From Gemmatimonadaceae bacterium (lineage in GTDB: Bacteria > Gemmatimonadota > Gemmatimonadetes > Gemmatimonadales > Gemmatimonadaceae), in the NCBI GenBank assembly GCA_040901985.1, contig JBBDYC010000005.1:1-56412 (forward strand): 56,412 bases of DNA, given 5' to 3'. Position 1 is the stretch's first letter. Each line of letters starts with the position of its first letter. The notes beneath the pieces were generated by a model that saw only the letters and a list, made by a program, of their open reading frames with translations, had not been told where the DNA came from and made no database searches. Position numbers and translations under genes: made by a program. This document shows, one piece after another, positions 10,289-20,332 of the stretch.

Positions 10289-11691
10289 CGGAAGAGCGCC
10301 CGGAAGAGCGCCGGGAGATCCGCCACCCCCTCGACGCGCAGTTGCTTGGGCAGGCGCCGGGGCACGCTGCGCGTGCTCACGTACGCCACGCGCATCCCCA
10401 TCTTCTCGGCCTCGCCGAGGCGTCGCTCGGCCTGCGAGATGGCGCGGACCTCGCCGCCCAACCCCACCTCGCCGAGAAAGATCGCGTCGGCCGGCAGCGC
10501 GCGGTCGTAGAAACTCGAGGCGAGCGCCGCCGCCACGGCGAGGTCGCCCGCCGGCTCCTGCACCCGCACCCCGCCAACGACGTTCAGGAAGACGTCGAGT
10601 TGGGCGAACGAAAGTCCGGCGCGTTTGTCGAGCACGGCAAGCAGGAGCGCGAGGCGGCGGCCGTCGTAGCCGGTGCTCACGCGCTGCGGCGTGCCGAACC
10701 CCGCCTTGGCGACGAGCCCCTGCACCTCGAGCAGCATCGGCCGCGAGCCCTCGAGCAGGCAGGTCACCGCGCTCCCCGAGGCCGGCGACTCGGCGCGCTC
10801 GCCGAGGAAGAGCGCCGATGGATTCTCGACCGCCTCGAGTCCCTGCACCGTCATCCGGAAGACGCCGATCTCGTCCACCGAGCCGAAGCGGTTCTTGGTC
10901 GCCCGCAGCACGCGGTGATCGGCCGAGCCCTCGCCCTCGAAGTAGAGCACCGTGTCCACGATGTGCTCGAGCGTCTTGGGGCCCGCGATCCCGCCGCCCT
11001 TCGTCACGTGGCCGACGACGAAGACCGCGGTGCCAGTCTCCTTGGCAAATCGCATCAGCCGCGCCGCGCATTCGCGGACCTGCCCGACATTGCCCGGCGC
11101 GCCCTCGAGGTCGCCGGTGAACACCGTCTGGATCGAATCCACCACGAGCACCGTCGGCCGCGTTTCCGCCGCGGTGGCGAGGATGGTCTCGAGGTTCGTC
11201 TCGCCGAGCAGGGCGACCGCGCCGGCCGAGCGGTCGAGGCGGTCGGCGCGGAGCTTGACCTGCAGCGGCGATTCCTCTCCGCTCACATACAGCGTCGCGT
11301 GGCCGGCGGCCTCGAGCCGCGCCGCGACCTGGAGGAGGATCGTGGACTTGCCAATCCCGGGCTCGCCGCCGACGAGGACCATCGAGCCGGGCACCACCCC
11401 GCCCCCGAGGACGAAGTCGAATTCCCGGATCCCGGTGGCCAGGCGGTGCGTCTCCGAGCCGGCGACGTCGCGCAGGCGCGGCGTCGGCGCCACCGCGCCG
11501 CCGGCCCCGAAGGCGCCGGCCCCCGCGCGGCGCCGCGCCGAGCCGGCGCCCTTGGCCGCGCCCGCCTTCGGCGTCGCAATCTCCTCGACGAGCGTGTTCC
11601 ACTCGCCGCAGGCGTCGCACCGCCCGGCCCACTTGAGCGACTCGGCGCCGCAGTCCGTGCAGCGATAGACCGACCGCGTCCTCACAGCCAT
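10285..11691 (-). CDS. radA: DNA repair protein RadA/Sms
   Basis: C4 zinc finger, GEPGIGKST, KNRFG, GEVGLGGEVR. Confidence 0.97.
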   Translation of the reverse strand: MAVRTRSVYRCTDCGAESLKWAGRCDACGEWNTLVEEIATPKAGAAKGAGSARRRAGAGAFGAGGAVAPTPRLRDVAGSETHRLATGIREFDFVLGGGVVPGSMVLVGGEPGIGKSTILLQVAARLEAAGHATLYVSGEESPLQVKLRADRLDRSAGAVALLGETNLETILATAAETRPTVLVVDSIQTVFTGDLEGAPGNVGQVRECAARLMRFAKETGTAVFVVGHVTKGGGIAGPKTLEHIVDTVLYFEGEGSADHRVLRATKNRFGSVDEIGVFRMTVQGLEAVENPSALFLGERAESPASGSAVTCLLEGSRPMLLEVQGLVAKAGFGTPQRVSTGYDGRRLALLLAVLDKRAGLSFAQLDVFLNVVGGVRVQEPAGDLAVAAALASSFYDRALPADAIFLGEVGLGGEVRAISQAERRLGEAEKMGMRVAYVSTRSVPRRLPKQLRVEGVADLPALFRALFR

Positions 11692-11710
11692 CGCGCGGAG
11701 GGCATCGGCA

Positions 11711-13144
11711 TCACCCCGGCGTGCGGCTGGTCCAGTTCTCGAAGCGCGTGTGGTTCTTGCGGAAATGCATCCGCACGTGTCCGGTCGGACCGTTGCGCTG
11801 CTTGCCGACGAGGACCTCGGCGTAGCCGTCGAGCGGGATGTCGGCCGTCCCGGGGACCATCCGCGGGTTGCCCTGCTCGTCGTACGGTCGCTCGTTCATC
11901 TCCGGTCGGTAGATGAAGAGCACGACGTCGGCATCCTGCTCGATGGCGCCGGAGTCGCGGAGGTCGGAGAGTTGCGGTCGCCGGTTGTCGCCGCCGCGCT
12001 GCTCGGAGGCGCGCGAGAGTTGCGAGAGCGCGATCACCGGGATCTCGAGCTCCTTGGCGAGCGCCTTCAGCGAGCGCGAGATCTGCGACACCTCCTGCTG
12101 CCGGCTCTCCGAGTTCGGCGGGCCGGAGATGAGCTGCAAGTAATCCACCACCAGGAGCTTGATGTCCGACTGGCTCTTCAACCGCCGCGCCCGCGAGCGC
12201 AGCTCCAGCACGCTCAGGGTCGGCGAGTCGTCAATCCAGATCGGCGCCTGGCCGAGCAGGGCCGCCGCCTTGGCGAGATTCGACGCGTCCTGCGCCGTGA
12301 GCTGGCCGCTCCGCAGCCGTTGTGCGTCCACGTAGCCCTCCGAGGCGAGCATGCGCAACAGGAGGGATTGGGTACTCATTTCCAGCGAGAAGATCGCCGT
12401 CGGAACATTGCCTTCGATGGCCGCGTATTGCGCGACGTTGAGGACGAACGCCGTCTTCCCCATTGACGGCCGCGCGGCGACGATGATCAGGTCGGAGGCC
12501 TGGAAGCCGAGCGTGAGCTTGTCCAGGTCAATGAAGCCCGACGGCACGCCGGTGAGGCTTCCGCCGGCCGTCCGCAGGACCTCGATCCGCTCCATCGCCG
12601 ACCAGAGGAGCGACTTGATCTTCACGAAGCCGTCGTTGCCGCGGCTGTCGTTGAGCTCGAGGATCTTGCTCTCGGCGAGGTCGAGGAGCTCGGCGACGTC
12701 GACCGGGCTCTCGTGTCCTTCGCGGACGAGGGCGGTGGCGGTCTCGATCAGCCGGCGGCGGAGCGCCTTGTCGCGGACGATCCGGCAGTGGTGCTCGACG
12801 TTGGCCGCGGTCGGGACCTCGTCGAGCAGGCCGCCGATGTACTCCTTGCCCCCCGCCGCCACGAGGTCCCCGCGCTGCTCGAGCTCGTTCGAGAGCGTGA
12901 GTGGGTCCACCACCGCGCCGGCGCCCTTGAGCGACATCATCGCGCGGAAGAGCCGCCGGTGCCCCTCGCGGTAGAGCATATCCTCGGTCAGGAGTTCGCT
13001 CGCCGTGTCGATCGCGTCGGGGCTCAGCAACATCGCCGCGAGGACGGCGCGTTCGGCGTCCTCCGACCACGGGGGCCGGCGGTCGCGGAATGGGTCGGGG
13101 GCGCCCTTAGGCGCGATCGAAAATTCGACGGGCGAGCTGGACAT
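11711..13144 (-). CDS. dnaB: Replicative DNA helicase
   Basis: AARPSMGKT, FSLEMS, DYLQLI, SQLSR, DLRDSGAIEQDAD, KQRNGPTG; start approximate. Confidence 0.97.
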   Translation of the reverse strand: MSSSPVEFSIAPKGAPDPFRDRRPPWSEDAERAVLAAMLLSPDAIDTASELLTEDMLYREGHRRLFRAMMSLKGAGAVVDPLTLSNELEQRGDLVAAGGKEYIGGLLDEVPTAANVEHHCRIVRDKALRRRLIETATALVREGHESPVDVAELLDLAESKILELNDSRGNDGFVKIKSLLWSAMERIEVLRTAGGSLTGVPSGFIDLDKLTLGFQASDLIIVAARPSMGKTAFVLNVAQYAAIEGNVPTAIFSLEMSTQSLLLRMLASEGYVDAQRLRSGQLTAQDASNLAKAAALLGQAPIWIDDSPTLSVLELRSRARRLKSQSDIKLLVVDYLQLISGPPNSESRQQEVSQISRSLKALAKELEIPVIALSQLSRASEQRGGDNRRPQLSDLRDSGAIEQDADVVLFIYRPEMNERPYDEQGNPRMVPGTADIPLDGYAEVLVGKQRNGPTGHVRMHFRKNHTRFENWTSRTPG

Positions 13145-14030
13145 CTTCCCAGGCGGGGCGCTTCCAGTTGGGGTTCCGCAACAGCGCGGCCGGGTGGTAC
13201 GTGGCGACGAGCGGGATGCCGTGGTAGCGATGCTCGATGCCGCGCAACTTCCCGATAGGGGAATCTGTCTCCAAGAGCGTCTGCGCGGCAAATGTCCCCA
13301 GCGCGAGAATCACCTTCGGCTGGAGCAGTTCGAGCTGCCGGAGCAGGAACGGGCGACAGGCCACGATCTCGTCACGCGTCGGATTGCGGTTCCCGGGCGG
13401 ACGATGCTTGAGGACGTTGCAGATGAAGACGTCCTCCCGCTTGAACTGGATGGCCTCGAGAATCTTGGTCAGGAGGTCGCCGGACTTTCCGACAAATGGG
13501 CGGCCCAACTCGTCCTCGGTGGCACCCGGCGCCTCCCCGACGACGACAAAGCGCGCGGTAGGACTCCCCTCCCCCGGGACGTGATTCCGCGCGGTCGCCG
13601 CGAGCGTGCAGGCGGTGCAACCGGCGATGGCGCCGGCGACGGCGCCAAGGTCGGCGAGATGCACGAGTCCACTCGGCGCCGCGTTGGCGCCGACTACCCG
13701 CGGACCAGCGGTGGGTAGCGCCGGCGCCGGAGCCTGCGGGGCCGGCGGCGGCGACGGGACAGTGGGAGTGGCGTCGGTGGCATCGGTACCGCGCAGCGCG
13801 GCGCGCCAATCGCGGTCCTTGCCGAGCTCCGCCGCCGCGCGGCGCGCCGCCGAGTCCGGGCGCGGAGGCGGGCCCCCACTCGCGCGCGCCGGGCCCGTCG
13901 GCGCCGTCGCGTCTCTCGCCATCAACCGCAGCGCATCCTCCACACTCAGCGTGTCGAGCACGAACTCCGACTCGCCCATCTCACGGCGCTGCTCGAGGTA
14001 GTGCCGAAGGCGGTCCCGGGCGTCGCTCAC
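13107..14030 (-). CDS. Family 4 uracil-DNA glycosylase with Pro/Ala-rich N-terminal extension
   Basis: CxxC, GEAPG, PFVGKSG, RPPGNR, YHPAALLR. Confidence 0.92.
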   Translation of the reverse strand: MSDARDRLRHYLEQRREMGESEFVLDTLSVEDALRLMARDATAPTGPARASGGPPPRPDSAARRAAAELGKDRDWRAALRGTDATDATPTVPSPPPAPQAPAPALPTAGPRVVGANAAPSGLVHLADLGAVAGAIAGCTACTLAATARNHVPGEGSPTARFVVVGEAPGATEDELGRPFVGKSGDLLTKILEAIQFKREDVFICNVLKHRPPGNRNPTRDEIVACRPFLLRQLELLQPKVILALGTFAAQTLLETDSPIGKLRGIEHRYHGIPLVATYHPAALLRNPNWKRPAWEDVQLARRIFDRA

Positions 14031-15226
14031 AGCAGCGCCTCGACGCGGTCAAGGATGGCGTCGGCGACCTCGCGCTTGGGCGCGAGCGGCAGCTCCACCA
14101 CGTCGCCCTTGGCGGAGACCAGCGTCACGCGATTCGTGTCGTAGCCGAAGCCCGCGCCCGCCTCACGCGCGCTGTTGGCGACGATGAGGTGAAGCCCCTT
14201 GGCCGCCAGCTTCGCCTTGGCATTCTCGAGCAGGTCGTCGGTCTCCAGCGCAAATCCCACGGCGATCAGGCCCTTCTTCCGCTTGCCCTTGGTCGTCGCA
14301 AGGATGTCGGGCGTCTCCTTCAGCGCCAACGCCGCCGGCCGCTTCCCCTTCTTGATCTTCGAGCCGGCAACCGCTGCCGGCCGGAAATCGGCCGGCGCCG
14401 CCGCCATCACGAGGAGGTCGGCCTTGGCGATGGCCTTGCCCACGGCGTCGGCCATCTCCTCCGTGGACTCCACCCCACGCGCCTCGACCCCCGTCGGCAG
14501 CGGCACGGTGAGCGGTCCGTGGATCAGCACCACCGAGGCGCCGCGGCGCCACGCCGCCTCGGCCAGCGCAACGCCCATCTTTCCGGTGCTCTGATTGGAG
14601 AGGAACCGCACCGGATCGAGCGCCTCGCGCGTCGGGCCGGCGGTGACGACCACCGTACGGTCGGCAAGCCTGCCGCGCAATTCGAGCGCGCGGGCGGCGT
14701 GGGCGACGATTGCCTCCGGCTCCTGCATCCGCCCCTGGCCGGTGCCTTCGTCCGGTGAGGCAAGCGGCCCCACCGCCGGCTCGACGATGGCCCTCCCCTG
14801 CGCCTTGAGCGCGGCGACGTTCGCCTGCACCTGCGGATTGGCCCACATCCGGTCGTTCATCGCCGGCGCCAGGAGCACCGGCGCCTCGGTCGCGAGGAGC
14901 GTGGCGGAGAGGAGCTCGTCGGCGTGGCCGTGCGCCGCGCGGGCCAGGAAGTCGGCCGTCGCCGGCGCGACAATCACCAACTGCGCCTCGCGGGCGAGGC
15001 GGATGTGGTCGAGGGCGTGGCCGTCGCCGATCAGCACGTGGTGCACCGGGCGCCCGGTGAGCGCCTCGAACGTGACCGTGCCGATGAACTCCTTGGCCGA
15101 TCGCGTGAGCACCACGTCCACCTCGGCGCCGGCCTGCGTGAGCAACCGCGCCAGCTGCGCCGACTTATAGCTGGCGATCCCCCCGGTCACGCCGAGGAGG
15201 ATCCGCTTGCCGTCGAAGGGGCGCAC
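14027..15226 (-). CDS. coaBC: Bifunctional phosphopantothenoylcysteine decarboxylase/synthase
   Basis: GVTGGIASYK, APATA, PAMN, TAGPTRE.LDPVRFLSNQSTGKMG, GFALET. Confidence 0.97.
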   Translation of the reverse strand: MRPFDGKRILLGVTGGIASYKSAQLARLLTQAGAEVDVVLTRSAKEFIGTVTFEALTGRPVHHVLIGDGHALDHIRLAREAQLVIVAPATADFLARAAHGHADELLSATLLATEAPVLLAPAMNDRMWANPQVQANVAALKAQGRAIVEPAVGPLASPDEGTGQGRMQEPEAIVAHAARALELRGRLADRTVVVTAGPTREALDPVRFLSNQSTGKMGVALAEAAWRRGASVVLIHGPLTVPLPTGVEARGVESTEEMADAVGKAIAKADLLVMAAAPADFRPAAVAGSKIKKGKRPAALALKETPDILATTKGKRKKGLIAVGFALETDDLLENAKAKLAAKGLHLIVANSAREAGAGFGYDTNRVTLVSAKGDVVELPLAPKREVADAILDRVEALL

Positions 15227-15265
15227 GGCGGCGCTTCCCGAACGATCGCGGCGCGCGGGACGCGC

Positions 15266-15481
15266 CTACGCGCCCTTGGCGCGCCGGCGCGGCACGACGC
15301 GGTACTCGATCTCGCCAGCCGAGAGATCCTCGAGCGCGCGCGTCGTGAGCTTCTTCTCGCCCGACTTCGTGCGATCGCGGGGAAATTCGTTCAGCACGCG
15401 GGCGTACTTTGCCGCGACGAGCACCGAGAGGTACTTGTTGGTCGCGTGCTTGGTGACTTCGGACGGGGTGAAGACCCGCAT
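15266..15481 (-). CDS. rpoZ: RNA polymerase omega subunit
   Basis: NKYLSVLVAAKYAR and K-T-RALEDL..G pattern; lies between gmk and coaBC. Confidence 0.85.
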   Translation of the reverse strand: MRVFTPSEVTKHATNKYLSVLVAAKYARVLNEFPRDRTKSGEKKLTTRALEDLSAGEIEYRVVPRRRAKGA

Positions 15482-15516
15482 GGTACGACTCCTGGGTTGC
15501 AAAATGTGGCCAACAC

Positions 15517-16188
15517 TCAGCTGCGCTTCAACACTTCCAGCATCCGACCGTTCAGCTCCACCGCCAGCCGGCCAATCACGCCCTCAACCTGATGTCCCAA
15601 CACCGGCAGCCGTTCGCGCCGGACCATCTCCGCGTCAATGATCGCGTTCACCTGCGCGACCGCTTCATCGAGGGCATCGTTCACCACCACGTGCTGGTAC
15701 CGCTCCGCCTCGGTCAGTTCCACCAGCGCATTCCGCAACCGCACTGCCAGCGTCGCGGTGCTCTCCGTCTTCCGGCCGACCAGCCGCGCCACGAGCGCCT
15801 CGGCGGACGGTGGAATCACGAACACCGTCACGGACTCGGGAAACTGCGCGGTCACCTGGCGCGCCCCCTGCACGTCAATGTCCAGCATCACGTGCTTCCC
15901 CTCGCCCATCACCCGCTCAATCTCGCGCCGGAGCGTGCCGTAGCGCTCCCCGTGCACCTCCGCCCACTCGGCGAACTCCCCGCGGTCCACCGCCGCATCG
16001 AACGCCGGCCGCGCGAGGAAGTGGTAGTCCACCCCGTCCCGCTCGCCGGGTCGCGGTGCCCGGGTCGTGCACGAGACCGAATACCCGACGTCGGTCCGCC
16101 GATCCAGCAGACGACGCGCGATCGTCGTCTTGCCACTCCCGGACGGCGCCGAGAGCACCAGCGGAAACGGCCGTCGTCCATCGCTCAC
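15517..16188 (-). CDS. gmk: Guanylate kinase
   Basis: SAPSGSGKTT, SVSCTTRAPRPGE.DG.DYHF, YGT, DIDVQGA. Confidence 0.97.
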   Translation of the reverse strand: MSDGRRPFPLVLSAPSGSGKTTIARRLLDRRTDVGYSVSCTTRAPRPGERDGVDYHFLARPAFDAAVDRGEFAEWAEVHGERYGTLRREIERVMGEGKHVMLDIDVQGARQVTAQFPESVTVFVIPPSAEALVARLVGRKTESTATLAVRLRNALVELTEAERYQHVVVNDALDEAVAQVNAIIDAEMVRRERLPVLGHQVEGVIGRLAVELNGRMLEVLKRS

Positions 16189-17066
16189 TCGAGGTTCTCC
16201 ACCTGCTCGCGGATGCGCTCGAGCTCCTCCTTGATCGCGACCACGTCTTTCAGCATCGGCGCGTCGTTCGCCTTGCTCCCGGTCGTGTTCGCCTCACGCA
16301 ACAACTCCTGCAGGAGGAAGCCAAGTCGCTTCCCCACCGGTTCGCCGCCCGCCGCCGCGAGCGTCCCGCGGAATTCCGCGAGATGCGACGCAAAGCGGTC
16401 CAGCTCCTCGCCGACATCCAGTCGGTCGGCGAGGATTGCGATCTCCTGCGCCAGCCGCTGCGGGTCCACCGCGATGCCTCCGGCCAGTTTCGCCACGTTC
16501 TCGACCAGCCGGACGCGCTGCGCCTCCAGGCGCTCCGGTGACCGTGCCGCCAACCGCGCCACCGCGGCCTCCACGAGTGCGATCCGCTCGGTGATCACCG
16601 CCGCCAGCCGCGCCCCTTCGGCCTCCCGCATCACCTGCAGCGCGCCAACCGCCGTATCGAGGACCGCCACGACTTCGTCCGCCGTCGCCGCGGCGAGCGC
16701 GTCTTCCTCGCCCGCCACCCGCACCACGTCCGGCATCCGGAGCACCGTCGCCACATCCACCGGACCGCCAAGGTGGTGGCGCTCCTGCAGCCGCTTGAGC
16801 TCTGCGGCGACCTCGGCGAACCGCGCCTCGTCCACCGCCGCCACGCGATCGTCGTCCCGCACGAGGCGCGCCGTGACCGTCACGTGGCCGCGGGCGAGCC
16901 GTTGCCGAAGCGCCTCGCGGACCTCGCCTTCCCAGCGCGAGAGCGCGCCGGGAAGCTTGATGCTCGGGTTGAAGAACCGATGGTTCACGGAGCGCAGCTC
17001 GACGCTGACGCGCAAGCCGCCGACCGGCCCTTCGGCCGCTCCGAATCCAGTCATGCTGCGAATCAT
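16185..17066 (-). CDS. yicC: YicC/YloC family endoribonuclease
   Basis: MIRSMTGFG, SVNHRF, EELDRF, GKRLGFLLQELLREANTTGSK, REQVENLE. Confidence 0.95.
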   Translation of the reverse strand: MIRSMTGFGAAEGPVGGLRVSVELRSVNHRFFNPSIKLPGALSRWEGEVREALRQRLARGHVTVTARLVRDDDRVAAVDEARFAEVAAELKRLQERHHLGGPVDVATVLRMPDVVRVAGEEDALAAATADEVVAVLDTAVGALQVMREAEGARLAAVITERIALVEAAVARLAARSPERLEAQRVRLVENVAKLAGGIAVDPQRLAQEIAILADRLDVGEELDRFASHLAEFRGTLAAAGGEPVGKRLGFLLQELLREANTTGSKANDAPMLKDVVAIKEELERIREQVENLE

Positions 17067-17111
17067 TGGAACCTGATAAGTTACTCTGCCGCCGTCACTT
17101 GGGCAAGGAAC

Positions 17112-18854
17112 TCAGTTCCAGAATTCCCAGCGCACGCCGTACAACTGGACCAACCGCGGCATCAGGTAACCGGGTACCGTCTCGTAGACCTTCCCGGTGT
17201 AGTTCCGGGTGTACCAAAAGATGTGGGCGTCGCTGATCTTGATGTCGAGCAACGAGGAGAACGCGTAGGCCTCGTTGGCCCAGACAATCCCCCCGTTGCC
17301 GTTCGGGGCCTGGAAGTCGCTGCGATACTCGTGGATCAGCGCGCCGATGAGCTCGAAGTCGGCCTTCGGCAGGTACCGTTTGAGCTTCGTGACGACCCGC
17401 AATTCCGTCCGGCTCTGCCACCGCGGGCGGTACACTCCCGCCTCGCCCCAGTCCACCACCCGGGCGTGGACAGAGAACGGACCGACAATCGGTCCGGAGA
17501 TGCCGACCTCGCGACCCAGCGCCGACCCCGTCGCCATCGAGGTGTAGAGCGTGTCGAAGGCGGGGACTCCCGGGACCTGGGCGGCAGACCGGCCAATCAC
17601 CCCGCCGGTCAGCCAGCGGCCAAGGACCTGCAGGCCGACCTCGCCTCGCACCGTGGTCCGGTCCGGGCCGCCGCTCGCGGCGTCCTCCGGCCGATGCTGC
17701 GAGAGCGCGGCCCCGACGTGGAGCCAGTCAAACGGTTCGATGCTCGCGAGCACGTCCACGCGCACGGTCGAGTCCGGCCCGGCCCCCTCTGCGTGGGCGC
17801 TCACCGACATCCGGCGAGCGTCCCACGCCGCGCGCACGGCGGGACTGAACCGCCCCTCCCCGGCCTGCGTCCGCATCCGGCCAGTCGCCGAGAGGCGCAA
17901 CGCGCCCCGCGTCACGCCGATCGCCCCGACGTACTGGCCCTGCGTGACAACGGTGTCGGGGTCGGGCGTGGCCGCCGCCGAGCGCAGCGAGTCGTCCTCG
18001 ACGTGCTGCACGGTCGCGGCAATCACCTGCCACCAGACGCCGTTGGAGTCGGCGTTCCCCCACGCGGCGCGCACCAACGCGGCAAGGTCGCGTCCGACGA
18101 ATCCCCCGATCGCTCCCTCCTCGGGCGACGGACCGAGGACGTATCGGCGCGTGGGATTGCGCGTGCGGCCGTAGCGATGCGCGGTGGCGTCCACGCTCAG
18201 CCGGCCGCTCGCGTGGCCGACGCGAACGAAGGCGGCGAGTCCGTCCCCGTCGCCCCGCGTCCGCTGGTTCGTGGTGGAGTACTGCTGCGCGGCCACCTGG
18301 AGGACGGCACCGCGGTTCAGCCGCTTGCCGAAGAATCCGCGATACAGATTCGTGTTCCCGGTGCCCGTCAGGATGTCGGTGCGCGTCTGGGCGGTGGTGA
18401 GATGCACGCGCCAACTGCGCAGGAAGACGCGGAGTTCACCCGCCGAGCGCTCGACCGCCACCTCTTCGAGCGCGAAGATCGGGATCGTACCGAGGTCCGG
18501 CGACCCCCCCACCCGCGGGTCGAGCGGGTCGAGTTCCACGCCGTCAAGGAAGACGCGGACGCGGCCCGGCTCGCCGTACCAGCTCGTCGCGGTGACGGCG
18601 GCGATGAAGCCGCTCCGGACCACGGAGACCCCTGGCACCAGCTCCAGCAGCTCGGGGAGCGTCAGCGCGCCGCTCGCGAAGAGCGCGGGGCGATCCCAGA
18701 CGGTGCGCCGTCCGCTGATCTCCGGACCGGCCGGCCGCTCGGCCACGGCAATCGGGGCGCGGACCGAGTCCGTGCGCTCCTGCGACGACATCAGCGCCGG
18801 CGACGCGGCGAACAGCGCGCCCAGGAGCGCGCCGGCGAGCCGACCTTTGGTCAG
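17112..18854 (-). CDS. Outer-membrane beta-barrel protein with TonB-dependent-receptor plug-like domain
   Basis: Signal-like N-terminus, plug motif LPELLELVPGV...VFLDGV...DLGTIP.FALEEV, amphipathic beta pattern, C-terminal YGVRWEFWN; start uncertain (CTG 18854 or ATG 18791). Confidence 0.7.
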   Translation of the reverse strand: MTKGRLAGALLGALFAASPALMSSQERTDSVRAPIAVAERPAGPEISGRRTVWDRPALFASGALTLPELLELVPGVSVVRSGFIAAVTATSWYGEPGRVRVFLDGVELDPLDPRVGGSPDLGTIPIFALEEVAVERSAGELRVFLRSWRVHLTTAQTRTDILTGTGNTNLYRGFFGKRLNRGAVLQVAAQQYSTTNQRTRGDGDGLAAFVRVGHASGRLSVDATAHRYGRTRNPTRRYVLGPSPEEGAIGGFVGRDLAALVRAAWGNADSNGVWWQVIAATVQHVEDDSLRSAAATPDPDTVVTQGQYVGAIGVTRGALRLSATGRMRTQAGEGRFSPAVRAAWDARRMSVSAHAEGAGPDSTVRVDVLASIEPFDWLHVGAALSQHRPEDAASGGPDRTTVRGEVGLQVLGRWLTGGVIGRSAAQVPGVPAFDTLYTSMATGSALGREVGISGPIVGPFSVHARVVDWGEAGVYRPRWQSRTELRVVTKLKRYLPKADFELIGALIHEYRSDFQAPNGNGGIVWANEAYAFSSLLDIKISDAHIFWYTRNYTGKVYETVPGYLMPRLVQLYGVRWEFWN

Positions 18855-20332
18855 CGTGCTCGCCCGCGCACGAATTCGACGAACGTGCGAACCGGTGTCC
18901 CCGTCGGCCCCTTGGGCATCACCACCAGGTCGGTCTCCGAGTACGCGGTCCCCGCCACATCCAGATGCACCCACGGCATCCCCTCGGCGAATTCCTGGAG
19001 GAACAGCGCCGCGGTGATGGTCCCCGCGCCGCGCCCGCCGATGTTCCGCAGATCGGCCACATCGGACTTGAGCTGCTCCTTGTACTCCTCGAAGAGCGGG
19101 AGTTGCCACCCCGGCTCGCCGCCCCGCCGCCCCGCCGCCAGCACCTCATCCACCACGCCCTGGTCGTTCCCCATCACCCCGACCGTGACGTTCCCGAGGG
19201 CGATCACCACCGCGCCGGTGAGCGTCGCCGCGTCCACCACCGCCTGCGGCCGGTACCGTTGCGCGTAGCAGAGCACGTCGGCGAGGACGAGCCGTCCCTC
19301 GGCGTCGGTGTTCTGGATCTCGATGCTCTTCCCATTGCTGGCGAAGACCACGTCGCCAGGCTTCATCGCCTCGCCGCCGAGCATATTGGTGGTCGAGCCG
19401 ATGAGGGCGACGACATTGACCTTCGGCTTGAGCCGGCCGATGGCCTCCATCGCGCCGAGCACCCCGGCGGCGCCCGCCATGTCGAACTTCATCAGTTCCA
19501 TCCCCGGCGCCGGCTTGATGCTGATGCCGCCGCTGTCGAAGCAGAGGCCTTTCCCGACGAGCGCCACCGGCGCCTCACCGCTACGGCCACCCCGGTATTC
19601 CATCACGATCAGCTTGGGATCCTGCCCGGTGCCCTGCGCCACCGCGAGCAGCGATCCCATTTTGAGCCGCTGCATCTCGCGGCGGCCGAGGACCTTCACC
19701 GTCAGGCGATGGCGCTTGCCGATCTCGCGCGCCGTCTGGGCGAGGTACGCCGGCGTGCAGATGTTGCCGGGGAGCATCGCCAGGCGCCTGGCGACCCGCT
19801 GGCCCTCCGCCACTGCGACGCCGCCGGCGAGGGGCCCGCGCGCCGCGCGCACGTTCGGGACCAGCACTGTTGCCGCGCGGAGCGGTTGTTTGCGCTTGGC
19901 CCTCGGCAGCGGCGAATGCAGCTCCCGGAACTCCCAACTGCCGAGCGCGATGCCGACCACGGCCCCCTCCAGCGACTCGCCGTCGAGACCGGCGGCCCAG
20001 AAGGCCATCCGCCCGACACCGAGCGCCTGCGCCTTGCGGCCGGCGAGCGTGGCGGCGCGGGTGAGCCCCTTCACGGCGTCGCCGGAGCCAGTGCCCACGA
20101 GGAGCACCCGTTGCGGCGAGACGCCGGCGCCCGGACTGAGCAGGAGGAGCGCCTCGTCCTTGGCGCCGGTAAAGTCGCGGTTGCGGATGGCGCGGCCAAG
20201 TGCGCCCCCGTACTTGCGGTCGAGCGCGGCCAGCGCGCGCGGCACTGACGGGTCGGCGGGAAGCGCGACGGCCAGCAGCGGTGTCGCCGCGCGGGCCGGG
20301 TCGCCGGCGCGGGCCGAGAAGGCGATGGTCAT
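18851..20332 (-). CDS. pepA: Leucyl aminopeptidase (M17)
   Basis: GKGLCFDSGG, MKFDMAG, NTDAEGRL, ATLTGA, HLDVAG. Confidence 0.96.
   Translation of the reverse strand: MTIAFSARAGDPARAATPLLAVALPADPSVPRALAALDRKYGGALGRAIRNRDFTGAKDEALLLLSPGAGVSPQRVLLVGTGSGDAVKGLTRAATLAGRKAQALGVGRMAFWAAGLDGESLEGAVVGIALGSWEFRELHSPLPRAKRKQPLRAATVLVPNVRAARGPLAGGVAVAEGQRVARRLAMLPGNICTPAYLAQTAREIGKRHRLTVKVLGRREMQRLKMGSLLAVAQGTGQDPKLIVMEYRGGRSGEAPVALVGKGLCFDSGGISIKPAPGMELMKFDMAGAAGVLGAMEAIGRLKPKVNVVALIGSTTNMLGGEAMKPGDVVFASNGKSIEIQNTDAEGRLVLADVLCYAQRYRPQAVVDAATLTGAVVIALGNVTVGVMGNDQGVVDEVLAAGRRGGEPGWQLPLFEEYKEQLKSDVADLRNIGGRGAGTITAALFLQEFAEGMPWVHLDVAGTAYSETDLVVMPKGPTGTPVRTFVEFVRGRAR

Noticed and set aside
9578..11632. Apparent 684-aa N-terminally extended IspD
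   Set aside because: The extension is an alternate frame of radA; the real start is ATG 10288 overlapping the radA stop. The same applies to the extended meaB, icd, sigma and 42254-43399 ORFs.
11711..13144. Possible intein in DnaB
   Set aside because: Normal length (477 aa), contiguous helicase motifs and no intein termini; only a short loop insert near the C-terminus.
13107..14030. UdgX (covalent uracil-trapping enzyme)
   Set aside because: Has His in the KH motif but lacks the KRRIH R-loop; the remaining motifs are standard family 4.
16773..19268. 831-aa + strand ORF, and similar long ORFs at 47806-50286, 44006-45982 and 6791-8719
   Set aside because: Antisense shadows of well-supported genes; stop-codon scarcity in very GC-rich DNA explains them and they have no recognisable motifs.
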